The notes under the pieces were generated by a model. It worked only from the letters and a program-made list of their open reading frames with translations, was not told the DNA's origin and made no database searches. A stretch of DNA of 64,000 nt from Vitrella brassicaformis CCMP3155. Taxonomy: Eukaryota > Protista > Chromerida. Position numbers and translations under genes: made by a program. The stretch spans positions 1-64,000 of the forward strand of contig CDMY01000472.1 in NCBI GenBank assembly GCA_001179505.1, written 5' to 3'. Shown here in pieces: positions 61,329 through 64,000 of the stretch (its first letter is position 1; every line of letters begins with the position of its first letter).

Positions 61329-63398
61329 TCAGGCATTGCGAACTGCAGTCATTGTCACCCATGTGCCCACATAGCCACTGATCCTTCTGACGGTGAAGGA
61401 ACCGATGTTGGTGCCGACAGGAATGCAGGTCACGAGGGAATCGCGCTGCTCAGCTGTCGTCGTCTTGACTCTCAGCTCCACACACTGCAGGCCCCTGATG
61501 CGCGGGATCACCGACAAGAGCTGGGTGCGGACGAAGCTGCCAGCATCCTCCACACCGTCGGGCACTGAAGGGGAGGGAACACACACACACAAAGGCAGCA
61601 ATGAGGACGGACGGCCACACTACCCCTTGCTCTCGGCGTACCTGTCAGATCGAAGTATAGTCTCTTGATCGTCGGCAACTCGTCGGCCGCCCCCACCAGC
61701 AGTTGCTCTAGTTGGTCGACACCGATGTCCCCCATCTGCACCGTACGCACCTCCCTCGCCGTCCCCAGCGACGCCAAGACGCCCACCTTCTCCTCGGCAC
61801 CCGACACCCTCTCGATGTCCACCCTTCCCACCTTCTTTGGCATTTTGTCGGCCAGCAGCCGGCCAGCTGCACCACCCAATTTGCTCCGGACAGACAGCTC
61901 TGAGGCCTCTGGGAACGGCTGCATGTGGGCGATGATGGCGGGGTGGGGCGATGGGGTGTTGGCGGGGGGATGGAACTCGTAGGCATTCTTGACCTCCACC
62001 GATGTGGCCTTGTCGAATGAGAGTGTGGATGCGATGTCGATGGCCGCTGGGCTGGGGTCGGTGTGCGGGTCGGTCAGGCCGTCCTCAGTGAAGAAGTATG
62101 ACACCGATGTGGCCTGCTACGCCAGCTGCCGCAGCATGGTCTTGAGTGAGGGTGAGGGGCGGATGGGCAGGCCCCTGTCGCTGTCGCTGTGGTACAAGAT
62201 GGAGAGGTCAAATCCCGCGTCTGGGAGCTCGAAGTTGATGTGGGCGTTTCCTCGGCAGCACCTGGTGACCAGTCGGTCCAGGGCCAGCAGGACGCGCATG
62301 GTGGGGCGGCCGATGAAGAACCTGGGGCAAAACTGCACGTCCAGCTGCTTGAGCGACCCTCGGCAGCCGCGGGCCATGAGCACTTCCTGAAGGCAACAAC
62401 ACACAAATATGGGACATCATGAGCCACCCACGCTGTACATGTGTGTGCGTTGTATTCACCTGAAGCCGCTCGATGCCCGTCGGATTGTCACCCCAGACCA
62501 GGATGGTGCCAATCCTCTCCAGCTGGGCGAGTGGCCCTCCCTGCGGCCCAGCAGGCGCCGCAGGGATGCCCTCGAACACACTCGCCCACTCGTCACCGTC
62601 AAACATCCACATCCCGTCCACACACCGCAACGAGCGAGACGAGCCGATGAACTGGCCTAGACTGCCGGCGTCCCAACCCTCCTGCCGCACGACGGCGAGT
62701 GACGGCATCAGCCAACGTCGGTCAGCCAGCACCTCATGGTCGTCGCCCCACAGGCCGGCGATGGTGGTGAGTGCGTGGAGGGTCGGGGGTGGGTCGAGAG
62801 GGGCTGGGAGGGGCGGATTTGTCCGGGCGACGCTCTGCCTCGCTGTGCCGGTCAGCCGAACGCCTCTCTCGATGGCGATGGTCTCCAGGGTCCCTCCGGT
62901 GAGGTTGGCTGCTCGTCGGCCGGCGATGTGGCCCTCTATGATGGCCACAAAGACGTCGAAACACCAGCGGGGGAAGCCGAATGGGTATCGGAGGACGATG
63001 GTTGTCAGCTGTCTGAGATATGTGGCCCATTCCCCGACGAGGTCGATGGTGGTCCTCTGCCAAAACGACCGCTGGTCTTCGTCAGCCGCGCTGATTGTAA
63101 GGTGGTGCTGCTTGCGGACCGCGTGCTGCCATGCGAGTGGCGGCAGCTGCAGCTGGATGAGCAGATGAATGGGGACGAAGGCCATGACGATGCTATGGAG
63201 ACCGGGCTACACACAACCACACAGCACACGGGACGGCAAGGGATGTGGATATCCATCAGTGGATGGCCTCAGTGCATGTGGTTGGCTCACAGGTGCGTTC
63301 CCCCAGAAGCGTCTTTCCCTCTCAGCCCGACGCTGCCGCTCCTCATCGCTCTCACTCGCACCACCACCAGGCTGAGCATCAGAGGAAGAGGCCGCCAT
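61329..63398 (-). pseudogene. Member of a large lineage-specific protein family, 4 exons, in-frame TAG at 62117-62119
   Basis: Exons MAASSSDA..FWGNAP / AFVPIHLLIQL..IERLQ / EVLMARGCRGSLKQL..LRQLA*QATSVSYFFTEDGL.. / VPDGVEDAGSF..VRNA*. The frame is maintained across the TAG. Confidence 0.75.
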
Positions 63399-63734
63399 TG
63401 TGGTGGGTGAACCAACCTGTAACCAACAACAAATACATGCAACCAAAGGAGGATGCATCAATCAGCGCATTGAATGAGTGGCGCCATCTCACCTGCAGCT
63501 GATGCGCCCTCTGTGTCTTCTCGTCGGTCTCAGTTAGCTACGCTCCACCTCGGGTGGTCGGCGTGTCTATTGGTCCTTCCTGCATCCCTCACCTGGCCTC
63601 GGTCGCCCGCTGAGCACCCTTGCCGAGCCCGGAAGTGTCCCTCAGTCGGGAAAGATACACCAGCTCTCCGTACCTAGACGATGTCAGCGATGGCCAATGA
63701 GCTGTCCTGACGCCCTCCTTCACACGTGGACATC

Positions 63735-63745
63735 AATTGCGAGCT
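63735..63745 (+). promoter_or_regulatory. AATTGCGAGCT candidate upstream motif
   Basis: Exact 11-mer in the intergenic region 5' of the minus-strand gene at 63398, and before a possible plus-strand ATG at 63958. Confidence 0.35.
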
Positions 63746-64000
63746 CAAATGGAGTTCCGTTCACCCCTTCGTCTCCTTATTTTGCCTGCTCGTTTAACTG
63801 AAAGTGTGTGTGGTCTCACTGAGGAGGCACTCGTGGGAAAAAAGAGCAAAACGAATTTGGCAAAGCAGAGAAAACTGGGAATTCAATCCTCACTCGATCC
63901 CGAGAAAGGGGAAAGATTTGGCAGCCCCGAGGGCTTCAGAGGCCTCAGGGAAGAATATGGGTGACGTCCACGCTGCCCCAAATCGTCCTGCGCCTCTTCT

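Noticed and set aside
19081-62119. Reassigned or readthrough TAG code as an explanation for the four in-frame amber codons
   Set aside because: TAG also appears as a plausible true terminator (18838-18840, 35207-35209). The inferred original residues differ (Trp, Gln, Lys), and frameshifts occur alongside, so ordinary mutation or assembly error is simpler.

Overview
Eukaryotic, GC-rich, intron-dense genomic DNA. Introns are short and full of (CA)n, (GA)n, (TCTG)n and (GGAT)n microsatellites. This style, plus two members of expanded lineage-specific families, suggests a chromerid alveolate such as Vitrella brassicaformis (inference from pattern, not a database match). Recognisable genes: a bestrophin, an intronless secreted beta-lactamase-family serine hydrolase, a HAD-like hydrolase, a PTEN-like phosphatase, a second (NylB-like, 4-exon) beta-lactamase-family hydrolase with an in-frame TAG, a GTPBP1/2 GTPase, a TLDc protein, an LRR protein, a type I membrane protein, two J-domain copies inside a mosaic duplication, a mitochondrial carrier with a frameshift, two ankyrin proteins and a coiled-coil/RING remnant. 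There are three 300-N gaps. I found no rRNA, tRNA, CRISPR array or recognisable transposase. The best leads are: a 208-bp near-perfect inverted repeat that places the same upstream sequence before two unrelated genes, one of them an HGT-like beta-lactamase; a recurrent (AA)TTGCGAGCT motif upstream of start codons; and a 33-bp post-acceptor cassette repeated through a 7-kb J-domain mosaic. Exon boundaries were read by eye and are approximate unless stated.
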